From an uncultured Candidatus Saccharibacteria bacterium (GTDB lineage Bacteria > Patescibacteriota > WWE3 > CAZQFB01), in assembly GCA_964592525.1 (NCBI GenBank), contig CAZQFB010000001.1:147454-211453 (forward strand): a stretch of DNA of 64,000 bases, written 5' to 3'. Positions 37,725-48,623 of the stretch are shown piece after piece (the first letter of the stretch is position 1; each line of letters opens with the position of its first letter). The notes under the pieces were generated by a model. The model was not told where the DNA came from, did no database searches, and worked only from the letters and a program-made list of their open reading frames with translations. The translations under genes were made by a program, and so were the position numbers.

Positions 37725-39348
37725 GTATTTGGTAAATTACGATGGAGTTGTTTTGAAATACCTTGCTTAAATAACTATTGTATAAAGTGGCGGTGGTCAG
37801 GTCTTTTTCCAGATAATGGGTTTGCGTAATAAGGTGGGTAGCTTCTAAGTTTAAAGCTTCCGCAATTCCTTCTGTGCTATTTAATCGTAGGGTAAAAGCT
37901 GTTTCATCAAATTTTGTGCCTTTTAAGTAAATGGGATTAACGTAAGGTATACCCTTCAAGGGTAACCAAAAGTTTAAGGCTATGTTGGTGTTGGGGTAAC
38001 TGACAATGATTGGTTTTTGGGGCAAGCTCTTTAGATAAAGGATATAGTCAGGTGGTTTGTTGCTGTCAATGATAGGAAGCTTAATGGCGAACTCACCAAA
38101 AGCTACAGTAGCCAGCAGAGCAAAAAGGGGAAACACTAATTTGGAAGGCATCCTTTTAAGTGTTGCTTCCAAATAAGACATTCCCCAACCAGCTGTGATT
38201 AATACAAGTAGATTAATCCAAACCGAGAATCTGACTAATACTCGAAAAGAAGGCATTAAATAATAAAAGAGATAAGAGGGTGAATAGAATTTATGACCAG
38301 CTATGGTAAAGAAGGGTGGTCCAGTGATGGAAAGTAAGAGAAAGATAGAGAGTATAAATGAAAGAACGCGCTGACCATTTAATGATTTCCAACGCCTCCT
38401 ATGAATAAGCAACGTAAACAGTAAAAAGAATAGAGTGGTATATCCAAGGTAAACGCCCCCAGCCTCTTGGGGGTCGTAGTTTTGTGCCAGAAAGTATTCA
38501 GTGTTTTTCAGTTGATTGTAGAGGTCTTGAGACAACTCTCCAAGAAATAAGCTGTCCGTTGGGGGAATGAAAAAGTACCAAGGTCTAAATGAGTACGAGA
38601 AGAAATCTTCCAAGGTTCTGTGAGGCACTACGCCTTCCAGATCAGCTTTTTCTAGATGCGCTTTTGAATATCTGTTGAACACATAGGAGCTATGGATGAA
38701 GGGAGTTAGGTTGGGTATGATTACTAGTGCAATAACGGGTATAGTTATCTTGAGCAAGCTAGCAATTGCTTTCGTTAATGTTTGTCGAAGGTAAGGTTGG
38801 TGGCGGACAGTGGCTAAAGTAATGATGGTTTCTGATATTGAAAGTAAAGATATTCCCACAAAACCTATATAGCCATAATAATTACTTAGATAAAATATTC
38901 CTGCTAGTAAAAATCCCAGCTTCCAAGTTTGTTTTGACAAATAGGACGATAGGATAAGTGGGAAAACAAAAGTGAAATAAAGCAGTTGTGAATTTGAGGC
39001 TACCCGATATAAAAAATAGGGAGAGAGGCTGTAAAGGGTGGAAAGAATAATTATGGTATACGTGGAGTATTTTAATTTGGTAAATAACTTGGAGCTGAAA
39101 TAGAATGTTAGAAGAACACTGACTAAAATGAGTAAATTATTAGCCAGGAAGGGATTAAAAATAGATTGAAACAACCGTATGATCAAATCGCCGATAAATT
39201 GAGGCGTGTATGAATAAGGTTCTACTGCGGAGGTGTGAGGATAACCTAGTAAATAAGTTTGTTTGGTTGCATTAAGCCAGCCTTTAAGTAGCTCTGGGGC
39301 TAAATCATTCATTTCACCAAATGTTTTTGTGGTAAGAAAATTAAACAC
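37711..39348 (-). CDS. polytopic membrane protein, putative GT-C-type glycosyltransferase/polymerase
   Basis: 545 aa, >10 TM helices, embedded in glycan locus. Confidence 0.45.
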   Translation of the reverse strand: MFNFLTTKTFGEMNDLAPELLKGWLNATKQTYLLGYPHTSAVEPYSYTPQFIGDLIIRLFQSIFNPFLANNLLILVSVLLTFYFSSKLFTKLKYSTYTIIILSTLYSLSPYFLYRVASNSQLLYFTFVFPLILSSYLSKQTWKLGFLLAGIFYLSNYYGYIGFVGISLLSISETIITLATVRHQPYLRQTLTKAIASLLKITIPVIALVIIPNLTPFIHSSYVFNRYSKAHLEKADLEGVVPHRTLEDFFSYSFRPWYFFIPPTDSLFLGELSQDLYNQLKNTEYFLAQNYDPQEAGGVYLGYTTLFFLLFTLLIHRRRWKSLNGQRVLSFILSIFLLLSITGPPFFTIAGHKFYSPSYLFYYLMPSFRVLVRFSVWINLLVLITAGWGMSYLEATLKRMPSKLVFPLFALLATVAFGEFAIKLPIIDSNKPPDYILYLKSLPQKPIIVSYPNTNIALNFWLPLKGIPYVNPIYLKGTKFDETAFTLRLNSTEGIAEALNLEATHLITQTHYLEKDLTTATLYNSYLSKVFQNNSIVIYQIPKRF

Positions 39349-39351
39349 TTA

Positions 39352-42300
39352 TTATTTTTTAGACGATAGCATGTATATTGTAATAAATATGAGTATGGCA
39401 GTATATGTAATTAGTGTTATAGGTAATAACTTTTCTGTAACATCTTGAGGAGCATAATAAATATCCATATCTAGGTTTCCTTTGTATAAACCTGGGTTCA
39501 CCCACCAACCATTTTCGAAGTTGTTAACTAAGTAATGTTGCACAGTTACCTCACTTGGAGGGGTTGTTCTCACTTTCCACCTAGGATCAAATTGTTGGTT
39601 AAGAATTAAGCCAAACTCACCAGCTACGTTTTGCAGTCTTATTTTGTATTCGTGTCGATTTGATTTTAGTACCGTCACCTCTGGAGGATTATTCCCTGAC
39701 AACTGTTCTTCGATTAGTGGAGCTATTTTTTGAGCTTCCCTGATGAAATTTATTTGTTTGAAAGCATGGTTTATATCGTCTGTTAGTAAATAGATGTTTA
39801 CCTTTTGAGGGTAGTAGGTTTTATCTATTTCTATATTGATGTTAGGTAAGGAACCTTCCTCAAAATCATCTGGTTTAAATTCTTCTAACCACTTTTCCTT
39901 AACTTCATAAAGCTTCCTGTTTTTCAACAAATCGTAACCTGAAACTTGCGTTTCTTCCCTAGTGATAAGAATGGCAGAAGGTGAGATAAGGGGGATGATT
40001 TGTAATCTCCAAGAGAACGAGTTGTCTGGTTCTAATTGATATTTATATACTGTAAATTCGGAGTATTCCTCATTGAGTAAATATTTCCGATGGTCTTTGT
40101 AGCTCTTTCTAAGGGGATTCTTCTCGTCCAGCAGTTTCATGCCAAGCTCCTGTTGGCTCAACCTAACAAAATCACGGCTTGAAATTGAGGTTGTTTCCGG
40201 GGGTGAAGAAAGTTGAACAGCCAATGCCTCCTCCCACAAAAATAGGTTGTAATTTTTGTCCTTTTTTTTAATAACGAGCATTTCTTGATATCTATTATTC
40301 TCTGCATCTTCCAGTTGTTGTAACCACTTGGTGTAATAGGAATATGTGTCTAGGTTTTGTAATTCGTGGGCTTTTCTTAGGTAGTTTCTACACTTTGTAA
40401 TCATGCCAAAAAGACTATCTGATGGTTTGGGATTCCATTCATAGGAGATTTCTTTTTGAAGTTGGGTATATAGACGGAGATGTTCTTCTTTAAGATAATC
40501 AGTTGCCCCATATTTTTCCATTTCAGACACACGTTTACTAGCGTTCCAGATTAGAAGATCAATCCTCTTGATGGGATCTTTCTCTTTATATAATTGATAC
40601 TTTTCCATAAGTACGGTTATTTTGTAAGCATTTGTGCCAGGTTGCCTGTTTACTTCAGGCCAACTCCAGCCACCATGCCACTTGTCAATGTTTGAGATTT
40701 CAATTTTTTCTAAATTGTGTTTAACCACCCTAAATTGATTAAAAGAGTTGATAGTGCTTGGATGAGTAAAGAGGGATATCTCCGGGTTGTGATTTTTAAG
40801 TGCAATTACTTCTGTTGCCGAAGCAGTGCCCTGCAAAGCCTTGTTTATGCCTGTAATTGGGGTATGGTCTTGTTCTACCTCAAAAAGGCTAATTACTCTA
40901 TTTTTATTGCTAAGCACCTGATCAGATATTTCTGCTATTTCCCCAGAGCCCCTTATCTTTTCCAGAAGAGCCCAATCTTCAGGTAACAGGGACTCGTGGT
41001 AAAACACCAAGTATTTAATATTAAGCATCTTAAGCGTCTGCTGTATCGCTTCTAAATCTTGCGTGTAGAGGCTTTCCATAAACACAGCTAAAAGTTCTTT
41101 ACTTGCTGAAGAATCTTTATCGCCAATAATAATTGGACCGGGTTTTTGGGAATAGATTGGAAATATGGCGGACGCTTCTTGAAAGGGACCTTTATAAATT
41201 TTCGTACTGAAAATGTTTACCCCTTGACCTTGTGGGAGATACAGTACCCGCCCCTCATTGTTCTGATGGGTAATAAAGGAATCAACTTTTTGGTATTGCT
41301 CATCAAACTGATATGTTCGTAAAGAGATATCTTCTACTATGGTCTGATCACCGACAAGCTTGAAGGTGATGAAAGGATATGTTGATAGAATAAGGAGGGC
41401 ACAAATAAACAACGTGACCAAATATTTCCCACGTTTCCAAAGATCATTTAATAGGATAATTGAGAGTGTTACCATTGAAAATGATATTAAAACTTCCATT
41501 CTGGCAACATCTCGAATGATATTTGCGAAGGGCAAAAATGTTAATCTTTGGGGTCCTAAGAGGTACAGTATGAAGGGTAATCCGTACAGGCAAATAAATA
41601 AATTTTTATCTATTCTTGTGTTTTTTACGTACTTAATTCCTGTGATAAATAGTAAAGTGAGCGTATATGAGAGAGGTTTGAGCATATTTGGGTAACTACT
41701 TTCGTATGAGTAGTTAAATAAGGAACCCCACCCTTTAGCAAGGTTAAGGATAGAAAGCTTCTGCCAGGTTCCAAGGCTGATACTAGATAGAACATTTTCC
41801 CCTCCATACAAAACTGGGTCTGGATAGAGAAAAAGATTGATGATCCAGTGTATGTTTGCTAGGAATAGGATAAAACCAACCACAAAACTAACTTTGAATA
41901 CCGGCAATATGTTCTTTTTGTCCTTAAAGATATAAAGCAGTCCTAGGCTTAAGGTCGCAAACGAGTACCAGATGATTGTTGTTGACTGGATCATTGCGAG
42001 TGACCACAACAATCCAGCAAGAATCGTGTGGAACAAATTATGCCTTTTAATTGTTTTATCCAGAAGGACAATATAGAAGGGAAATAGACCCATACTTATT
42101 AGAATATTGATCCATCCCATTACAGCAAAGTTAAAATAGAATGGTGAGGTTATATACAAAAATCCTCCAAAAAATGAAAACCTTTTTCTAAGGCCAAGGT
42201 ATCTTAGCAGTGTGTACATACCAATGCCTCCTAAGGTAAAAGAAAAAAGAAGCAGGGATTTTGACAGAGCTTCCCCAGTCAAATTTAAAGAGGAAAATAT

Positions 42301-42597
42301 TTTATAAATTGGAACAAAGGGAACATCTGTCAGATAAGAGCGATACCCACCTAAGAATGTTGATATCGTTAACCAGGAAGAGGTGGCTGCTTCGGCAGCT
42401 CTGTCCATCTGTTCCGGGGTATAAGGCAAAGACCAATCACCACCCAGAAACATCCCCTTACTAGCTAGTGGTTTCACTAGTAACAAAACAGAGATTATAA
42501 AAAAGAGAAGAGTAACAGTATAGAAATCTATTTTAAAACTATTTAGAAAATGCTTCCAAAGCTTGAAGTTCAATTTCAAAAACTTTATTCCAGTCAT
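39352..42597 (-). CDS. YfhO-family (GT-C) membrane glycosyltransferase-like protein with large extracytoplasmic C-terminal domain
   Basis: 1081 aa; N-terminal multi-TM block; C-terminus DPRWKVRTTPPSEVTVQHYLVNNFENGWWVNPG resembles YfhO C-terminal motif, with terminal TM. Confidence 0.55.
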   Translation of the reverse strand: MTGIKFLKLNFKLWKHFLNSFKIDFYTVTLLFFIISVLLLVKPLASKGMFLGGDWSLPYTPEQMDRAAEAATSSWLTISTFLGGYRSYLTDVPFVPIYKIFSSLNLTGEALSKSLLLFSFTLGGIGMYTLLRYLGLRKRFSFFGGFLYITSPFYFNFAVMGWINILISMGLFPFYIVLLDKTIKRHNLFHTILAGLLWSLAMIQSTTIIWYSFATLSLGLLYIFKDKKNILPVFKVSFVVGFILFLANIHWIINLFLYPDPVLYGGENVLSSISLGTWQKLSILNLAKGWGSLFNYSYESSYPNMLKPLSYTLTLLFITGIKYVKNTRIDKNLFICLYGLPFILYLLGPQRLTFLPFANIIRDVARMEVLISFSMVTLSIILLNDLWKRGKYLVTLFICALLILSTYPFITFKLVGDQTIVEDISLRTYQFDEQYQKVDSFITHQNNEGRVLYLPQGQGVNIFSTKIYKGPFQEASAIFPIYSQKPGPIIIGDKDSSASKELLAVFMESLYTQDLEAIQQTLKMLNIKYLVFYHESLLPEDWALLEKIRGSGEIAEISDQVLSNKNRVISLFEVEQDHTPITGINKALQGTASATEVIALKNHNPEISLFTHPSTINSFNQFRVVKHNLEKIEISNIDKWHGGWSWPEVNRQPGTNAYKITVLMEKYQLYKEKDPIKRIDLLIWNASKRVSEMEKYGATDYLKEEHLRLYTQLQKEISYEWNPKPSDSLFGMITKCRNYLRKAHELQNLDTYSYYTKWLQQLEDAENNRYQEMLVIKKKDKNYNLFLWEEALAVQLSSPPETTSISSRDFVRLSQQELGMKLLDEKNPLRKSYKDHRKYLLNEEYSEFTVYKYQLEPDNSFSWRLQIIPLISPSAILITREETQVSGYDLLKNRKLYEVKEKWLEEFKPDDFEEGSLPNINIEIDKTYYPQKVNIYLLTDDINHAFKQINFIREAQKIAPLIEEQLSGNNPPEVTVLKSNRHEYKIRLQNVAGEFGLILNQQFDPRWKVRTTPPSEVTVQHYLVNNFENGWWVNPGLYKGNLDMDIYYAPQDVTEKLLPITLITYTAILIFITIYMLSSKK

Positions 42598-43708
42598 ATC
42601 TTAAGGCTACTTGCTGTAATTTATTAGCCAGGGCAAAATAATTGTTACAGGATAGCTGGAGGATTTTAATGACTTCCTGGGAGAAGTTATTTTTATTTCC
42701 GAGTGGGGCTGTGGGAAGTAAATCTCCAAATATTTCTCTGTAAACAGGAAGATCATACACTACAGGTATGCATTTGCATAGAATTGCTTCGAATAACACT
42801 ATACTCCAGCCTTCCTCGTAAGAAGGTTGCATAAACACTTTAGCTACTTTTAAAGCCTCATAAATCTCTTGTTTTTGTTGCACATAACCATGAATATTGG
42901 AATTATTAGAACAAGAGTATTTTTTAAAATCTTGTGAGAGTATTTTTTTTGTTTGGGGATCTATTGAACCAAATATATCAAGCCGTAATTTTGGGAAAAC
43001 AAGCTTAACTTGGTTAGTAATAAAAGCAAGATCACCAATACCCTTGGTTGGATTGACCCGATTAAAAAAAACTAAGTTAGAACCAACTTTTTTTTGAGGA
43101 AGAACACCAATAACTTTTTGTGTTTGGTTTAGATTCAATCCGGCATAAGAAACAACAATCGTTTGTGAGAATCCTTTTGCTTCTAACTGCTCTTTTATAC
43201 CTTGATTAAGCACAAAGATTAATGCCGCTCTCTTTTTTATCAGGTACAGACTTATATTTTGTAGCACATAAGATAGCACTCCTCGGAACCAATAATTTTT
43301 TCTTTTCCAGGGGGGTTCATTTAGATGATAAATACAGGCAGCCCACATCCCTTTTCTTTTAAATAAAAATACTGGCACTACGTTACAAAAGAAATCTCCT
43401 GTGGTGTAGTAAATATTAAATCTTTTAGTAAGTAGAATTGAACAAGCTTCAATGGTGCGTAGTATATACGTGGGTAAAAAAGAAGCCACTCGATTTTGGT
43501 TGAAGAGAAGTTTCTCCAACTTTGTTTTACCAGTGCTCAAAAAAGAGTGATTAGAAAATGATTTTTGAGAAAAATATGGTGCTATAACACTTATCTTGAA
43601 ACGACCAGACCCATGAGCCCTGTTAATAATTTCAAGTGATTTAATATCACCGCCACTGCTGATTGTGGGGGATATTATTTGGTTAAAAAGAAACAAAATA
43701 GACTTCAT
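42539..43708 (-). CDS. GT4 family glycosyltransferase
   Basis: PSYEEGWSIVLFEAILCKCIPVV (E..EG...ExxxxGxPVV). Confidence 0.75.
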   Translation of the reverse strand: MKSILFLFNQIISPTISSGGDIKSLEIINRAHGSGRFKISVIAPYFSQKSFSNHSFLSTGKTKLEKLLFNQNRVASFLPTYILRTIEACSILLTKRFNIYYTTGDFFCNVVPVFLFKRKGMWAACIYHLNEPPWKRKNYWFRGVLSYVLQNISLYLIKKRAALIFVLNQGIKEQLEAKGFSQTIVVSYAGLNLNQTQKVIGVLPQKKVGSNLVFFNRVNPTKGIGDLAFITNQVKLVFPKLRLDIFGSIDPQTKKILSQDFKKYSCSNNSNIHGYVQQKQEIYEALKVAKVFMQPSYEEGWSIVLFEAILCKCIPVVYDLPVYREIFGDLLPTAPLGNKNNFSQEVIKILQLSCNNYFALANKLQQVALRYDWNKVFEIELQALEAFSK

Positions 43709-44457
43709 TCCGACTTTTTAGGTATTGCCAAAAAATATAGCTCCCGGACAAACCATTTAAACCCAAGCATCCTGTTTAGGAATAAAACCATACGATGCAT
43801 AATTGGTAGAGACTCCAATTGTTCGCCCACCTTCCCAAAATCATTTGGGTGCTTACCTTCATAGATTATTTTTCTGCCAATTACTGAAAAATCTTTTATG
43901 GCCAATCTCTCCAGAGATTTCATAGTATATGTGTGGGGGTGTCCTACGTTTCGTAATACTGTTCTCTCCGCTACTATTCTTGTTGCGGCAATAAACGGGT
44001 TGTAAACATAACATGCAAAAATAAAATAACCTTCGTCCTTTATTACCCTTCTAATCTCTTTTAGAACAGTTTGTGGGGAGTAGGTATGATCTATAACGTT
44101 TCTGCAAATCACTAAATCGAAATATGTGTTGGGGTAGGGGAGCTCTTCTGCCATTCCAGACACTATTTCCACTTCTTTGATCTGTTCTTTAAGCTTTAGT
44201 TTATCGGCTAAAGGTTCAATCCCGTAGTGCTTTCCAGATTTAAAAAGTCTCGATACACATGTGGCTCCGCAACCCACATCTAATATTTTAGAAGAGTTGT
44301 TGAGGTTGAGCTTCTTTTCAAGGCTTCTAAACAACGCCTTGTACTTCTTATTAGCTTCTTCCCATTCCGCTCCCACAACGGCGTCTCCCACCTCCCATTC
44401 AGCTAGTTCAAATTCTTGTGCATCACGCCACCTTTTATCACTTATCTTCATTACCAT
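43705..44457 (-). CDS. class I SAM-dependent methyltransferase
   Basis: ILDVGCGATCVS motif I, 250 aa. Confidence 0.75.
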   Translation of the reverse strand: MVMKISDKRWRDAQEFELAEWEVGDAVVGAEWEEANKKYKALFRSLEKKLNLNNSSKILDVGCGATCVSRLFKSGKHYGIEPLADKLKLKEQIKEVEIVSGMAEELPYPNTYFDLVICRNVIDHTYSPQTVLKEIRRVIKDEGYFIFACYVYNPFIAATRIVAERTVLRNVGHPHTYTMKSLERLAIKDFSVIGRKIIYEGKHPNDFGKVGEQLESLPIMHRMVLFLNRMLGFKWFVRELYFLAIPKKSE

Positions 44458-45346
44458 AATCCTTAACAGCTAATGCGGCTACTGCCATTGAAGAAGTACT
44501 CAGACGAAACTCCTTATTATTGAAAGAATCAACCCAAGTCAGAAAAGCCAAACCTCGTTGCAGAATTTTACTCATTATTCCTTTGGTATGGTCGTAGTTG
44601 TCTTCTGTATTCCACTCGAATTTCTCCATCGCTTTCCTCACTTCTTCACCGACAGGTAGTGTGGTATAAAACTGTTTACCTGTGTATAAAACGAGATGGT
44701 TAAAGGGAACACCATAATGAGTGAGGACCTTCAAATTTTTAACTGAAAATCCAGTTTTAGTTAGTAACAAATACAGTTCTTTGGGGGTGTATAACCTTTT
44801 ATGGTCATATGCCCAGATACCTCCCCAGAAACCACTTTTGGGATTGAAATGACCCAACCCCATCGCCCCTCTAATTTTATTTAAGGGGTCCCATAACAAG
44901 GGATAGTTGCTGTTAGGAACTGTAACCGCTAATTTGCCTCCGGGCTTGAGAACCCTAAAAAGCTCTTCGGTAGCTTTATCATCTTCAACGATATGTTCCA
45001 GTACTTCCGAGCAAATAATTTTATCAAAGTAATTATCTGGAAAATTTAGAGTAGTGAGGTTTTGTTTTTGTATGGTTACATTTTTATACTTAGCAACCCA
45101 CCTTTCAGCCATTTTGAGTAGATCATTATCGTTGTCAATTCCCACAACCCGACAATTGTATAATTCGCTTAAGACCATTAGATAGAACCCTTCTCCACAA
45201 CCAGCGTCCAGAACCAAATCTTCCTCTTGTAGCTCTAGATATTCAAGAAGCGTAAGTATGCGCCTTTTGAAATTTAAATCTCCCACCTTGGATAATATTT
45301 TTTCAAGTTTGTTAGTCATAATTTTTTTGCCAATACTGCTAGGCAT
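44438..45346 (-). CDS. class I SAM-dependent methyltransferase
   Basis: VLDAGCGEGFYL motif I, LKPGGKLAVTVPN. Confidence 0.75.
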   Translation of the reverse strand: MPSSIGKKIMTNKLEKILSKVGDLNFKRRILTLLEYLELQEEDLVLDAGCGEGFYLMVLSELYNCRVVGIDNDNDLLKMAERWVAKYKNVTIQKQNLTTLNFPDNYFDKIICSEVLEHIVEDDKATEELFRVLKPGGKLAVTVPNSNYPLLWDPLNKIRGAMGLGHFNPKSGFWGGIWAYDHKRLYTPKELYLLLTKTGFSVKNLKVLTHYGVPFNHLVLYTGKQFYTTLPVGEEVRKAMEKFEWNTEDNYDHTKGIMSKILQRGLAFLTWVDSFNNKEFRLSTSSMAVAALAVKDYGNEDK

Positions 45347-46305
45347 GGGTTAAAAAATTCGCTATTACGGCAAAGATACAATACGCCTCTTTTTATTAAG
45401 TGGTGGTGGATTTTATCAAGTTGTACTGGTGTATAGAATCTTTTTACCCACACCATATTTTTATTAAAACCGCTTTTTATGTGATATTTTCGCAGCTGTG
45501 CTTTGGTGAATTGTAGCTCATACCCGAAAATCATATGCCTACCTTTAAATATTCTTACATGTATAAATTCTAATAGTTGCCTTAAAATCGGTAGGTTTGG
45601 GAGCCCTCCCCAGAGAGACCTATACACTAGGTTTCCAGGATTAAGGTGGGGAACTGTATTAATGCAATAACCATTTTTTTTTGTAATTCTATAGAGTTCA
45701 CTTACAACCGCTTGTGTTTTTTTAAAATGTTCTATAACTCCACCCCCGAAGGAAAAATCAACCGATTCTGCTTTCAGGGGCATGTTTTGTATGTCACCAT
45801 GGACAAGCAAGAAGTTATCAAAGCCTCTCTCTTTAAGCCTTTTATTAAGGTAGATAAGAGAATTAGGTGAGACGTCTATGCCAATAAAGAACCAACCTTG
45901 CTTTGCATAATGTTCTCCTATGAAACCACTACCACTGCCCAATTCTAAAAACACACGCTTATTCCCTCTGATTTTCTCTGAGATGGGAGTAAGCTGATTA
46001 ATTGTCGGTTCAAAGAATGTTTTTTGGTAATCTTTTTCAAGTTTGTTAAGATATTCTTCATTTGCGTATATTTTATTCCATTTGGAAATAGATAGCATTG
46101 TATCTTCGTTGTCAACAAAAATAAGACTTGGTATTTTTCCTTCTAATAATTCAAAAGGAGTATGGCAAGCGGAGCATTTTATCAATTTTTCTTTAACAAC
46201 CAAGTTACTGCGACACTTGGGACAGCAACAAAAGTTACGGATGGTTTGTAGATGTGCTTCTTTATCACTCATTATTTCTTTCGTGCTACACCCCAATAAG
46301 CCCAA
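45316..46305 (-). CDS. SAM-dependent methyltransferase with N-terminal zinc ribbon
   Basis: CCCPKC...CSAC ribbon; FLELGSGSGFIG motif I; paralog of 55739..56680. Confidence 0.7.
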   Translation of the reverse strand: MGLLGCSTKEIMSDKEAHLQTIRNFCCCPKCRSNLVVKEKLIKCSACHTPFELLEGKIPSLIFVDNEDTMLSISKWNKIYANEEYLNKLEKDYQKTFFEPTINQLTPISEKIRGNKRVFLELGSGSGFIGEHYAKQGWFFIGIDVSPNSLIYLNKRLKERGFDNFLLVHGDIQNMPLKAESVDFSFGGGVIEHFKKTQAVVSELYRITKKNGYCINTVPHLNPGNLVYRSLWGGLPNLPILRQLLEFIHVRIFKGRHMIFGYELQFTKAQLRKYHIKSGFNKNMVWVKRFYTPVQLDKIHHHLIKRGVLYLCRNSEFFNPCLAVLAKKL

Positions 46306-46889
46306 GCTGCTTTAAGTTGTAGGCTGTTAGGTAAAAACCTTAGCCAAGCCAGGAAGGGGTTAAGACCAATCTTGTGGGTAAGGTTAGTGTAAAAATCCAG
46401 TTCAAGATGTAACGGCTGAAAGTTAGTATACAACATCAACTCAATTAAGTTAGAAGGGGAAAAACTATATAAATGATTTCCATTTCTGGTGAAATATGGG
46501 TACTTAAGGTGGATAAGACTTGCTTCGTTTGGCAGGGAGACAATAAGCAGCCCGTCCTTTTCTAGTTGTTCCCAGCTATACCTTAACATTGAAATGGGGT
46601 TTTCTAGATGTTCAAGAATATGAGAAAGGAAAACAGCCTCAAACTTTTCAGGTAACGGTTGGGGGTTATTAAAATTCATCTTTTTAACCCGCAAACCCTT
46701 TCCCCTTGCCTTCTCTAGGTTTTTATCTGCTAAATCTAATCCAAAGGATCCTTGACCAAAGTGTTTAAGATACCCACCTTCCCCGCAACCAACATCAAGC
46801 ACCTTTTTACCGCGAACGAAGGGAAAAATGGCTTTCATGAAAGTGGGGGATACTTCAGTAGTGAACTGATATTCTTTATCGTATTTCAT
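46272..46889 (-). CDS. class I SAM-dependent methyltransferase
   Basis: VLDVGCGEGGYL motif I. Confidence 0.75.
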   Translation of the reverse strand: MKYDKEYQFTTEVSPTFMKAIFPFVRGKKVLDVGCGEGGYLKHFGQGSFGLDLADKNLEKARGKGLRVKKMNFNNPQPLPEKFEAVFLSHILEHLENPISMLRYSWEQLEKDGLLIVSLPNEASLIHLKYPYFTRNGNHLYSFSPSNLIELMLYTNFQPLHLELDFYTNLTHKIGLNPFLAWLRFLPNSLQLKAAWAYWGVARKK

Positions 46890-48061
46890 TTAGTCTTCTC
46901 GTAGTAATCCAATATAATCTGGGCATTACTTTCTCCATAGTGCTTGAGAGCATACTCCCTTGCCTTGATTGCTTTTTGTTTTAATTCCTCGTTTTTATTG
47001 AGAATTTCTCTAAGGGTGTTGCTAAGCTCTGTTGCTGTTGGTGCTGGAGATAAATAATAGGTAAAGGAATCATCTAGAAACTTTGGAGGTGATCCACGAC
47101 GAGTTACTAAAAGAGGTGTGCCACAGGCGGCGGCTTCAATTAAAGTAGCTGAAAATCCTTCCTCATACAAATAAGGAGATACCACCAGCTCGCAAAGGCT
47201 GTAAAGACAGATCAATTTTTCTCTTTCCTGTTGGTCTTGTTGCCTAAGGGTACCGTAAAAATGAAGATTGTGATGTTTTTTGGCTACGGCGTTAATAGAA
47301 TCTTCTAAGGGACCCTGCCCCACAATATGAAAACCAATGTGAGGTAGTTGCTTGACTGTCTCTAAAAATAATAAAACACCTTTTTTTTCAATCAATCTTC
47401 CCACACCAAAAAGGACATTAAGTGGTTCTGTCACTTTGAGAGCCTGCTGACATTCAGATTTATCTTTGGGTTTAAAAATATTGGTTTCCACCCAGTTGGG
47501 ATGTATACCTACCTTTGAAGGTTTCAAGCCGATTTTAAGTAGCTCTGCTCTAGCTATTTCTGAAACAGCTAGCACCCACATATCCTCTAATATATTTTTA
47601 ACAATAAGCGACAACAGTTTTCTGTGACTGAAGTTATACACCGCATGGGTACTAACAACTATATGAATGGGGTGTATCTTTTGGAGAACTTTGGCAATGG
47701 CAGCTGCCACAAGACCATGAGCATGAAGGCAGTGAATATCTTTATGGTATCTAACATAGTAACTTAAGCTTTTATAAAAAAGACCGGGGAAAAGATACAA
47801 AAACTGCAGGGGGAAGTAATTTTCTAGCTTGTTAAATAATCCCCAACCAAACCACTGTTGTCTGTAAATTTCGAATTTTTGTCCTTGCTCATGCTTTGCG
47901 CCTCTTGTTTTTACCGTGAGCGGTTGGTATGTAATGACAGTAGCCTCATAGTTATTACTAGTGATAAATGAGAGCAGCTTGTCAATATGACTTTCCACAC
48001 CACCCAAATTGGGTCTGACAAAAGGGCAGATGATGAGTATCTTTTTGTAGTTAGTGGGCAT
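46886..48061 (-). CDS. GT4 family glycosyltransferase
   Basis: SPYLYEEGFSATLIEAAACGTPLLVT. Confidence 0.75.
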   Translation of the reverse strand: MPTNYKKILIICPFVRPNLGGVESHIDKLLSFITSNNYEATVITYQPLTVKTRGAKHEQGQKFEIYRQQWFGWGLFNKLENYFPLQFLYLFPGLFYKSLSYYVRYHKDIHCLHAHGLVAAAIAKVLQKIHPIHIVVSTHAVYNFSHRKLLSLIVKNILEDMWVLAVSEIARAELLKIGLKPSKVGIHPNWVETNIFKPKDKSECQQALKVTEPLNVLFGVGRLIEKKGVLLFLETVKQLPHIGFHIVGQGPLEDSINAVAKKHHNLHFYGTLRQQDQQEREKLICLYSLCELVVSPYLYEEGFSATLIEAAACGTPLLVTRRGSPPKFLDDSFTYYLSPAPTATELSNTLREILNKNEELKQKAIKAREYALKHYGESNAQIILDYYEKTK

Positions 48062-48623
48062 CGGTTTTGAGGAACTCTGTAAGCATGTGGTCTATAATCA
48101 TATGCATATCCTCCACAATCCCATAACTTGAGCTGTTAATGAGGATGTGATGATCCGCAAGATGTATTGCTTTTCCGCCAGCAAAACCTAAGAGAGCAAA
48201 ACTTTTTATCTGCTTTTGTTTAGCTACTTTTAGTAGCTTGATGATGTTTTTAGAGTTACCACTTCCCGTGATGACAATAAGAAGATCTTGGGGGTCCGAC
48301 ATCACCCGAAAGGGTTCTGCGAAGATATCATCATAAGATGAATCATTAGCCCACGCCGTGAGAAGAGCGGAGTTGTCAGTTAAGCTTATTGCCCTGATGG
48401 CCCTGTCTTTATTGACCTTGGGGTTTGGTTCTAGAGTAGTTTTTTGAAGATCAGTAACCATATGGGAAGCTGTGGCAGCACTTCCCCCATTGCCTGCAAT
48501 AAACACTGTTCCCCCAGCATTTCGGCAAGCAATTATTAGTGATGCCAAGTGTTTTAGTTTCTTGATTTCTAGATAGTCAATTTCTTTCTTGAGCTCTTGT
48601 TTGTATTTAGCTAACTGTTTCAT
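48051..48623 (-). CDS. gmhA: SIS-domain phosphoheptose isomerase (GmhA)
   Basis: VFIAGNGGSAATASHMVTDL, 190 aa. Confidence 0.7.
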   Translation of the reverse strand: MKQLAKYKQELKKEIDYLEIKKLKHLASLIIACRNAGGTVFIAGNGGSAATASHMVTDLQKTTLEPNPKVNKDRAIRAISLTDNSALLTAWANDSSYDDIFAEPFRVMSDPQDLLIVITGSGNSKNIIKLLKVAKQKQIKSFALLGFAGGKAIHLADHHILINSSSYGIVEDMHMIIDHMLTEFLKTDAH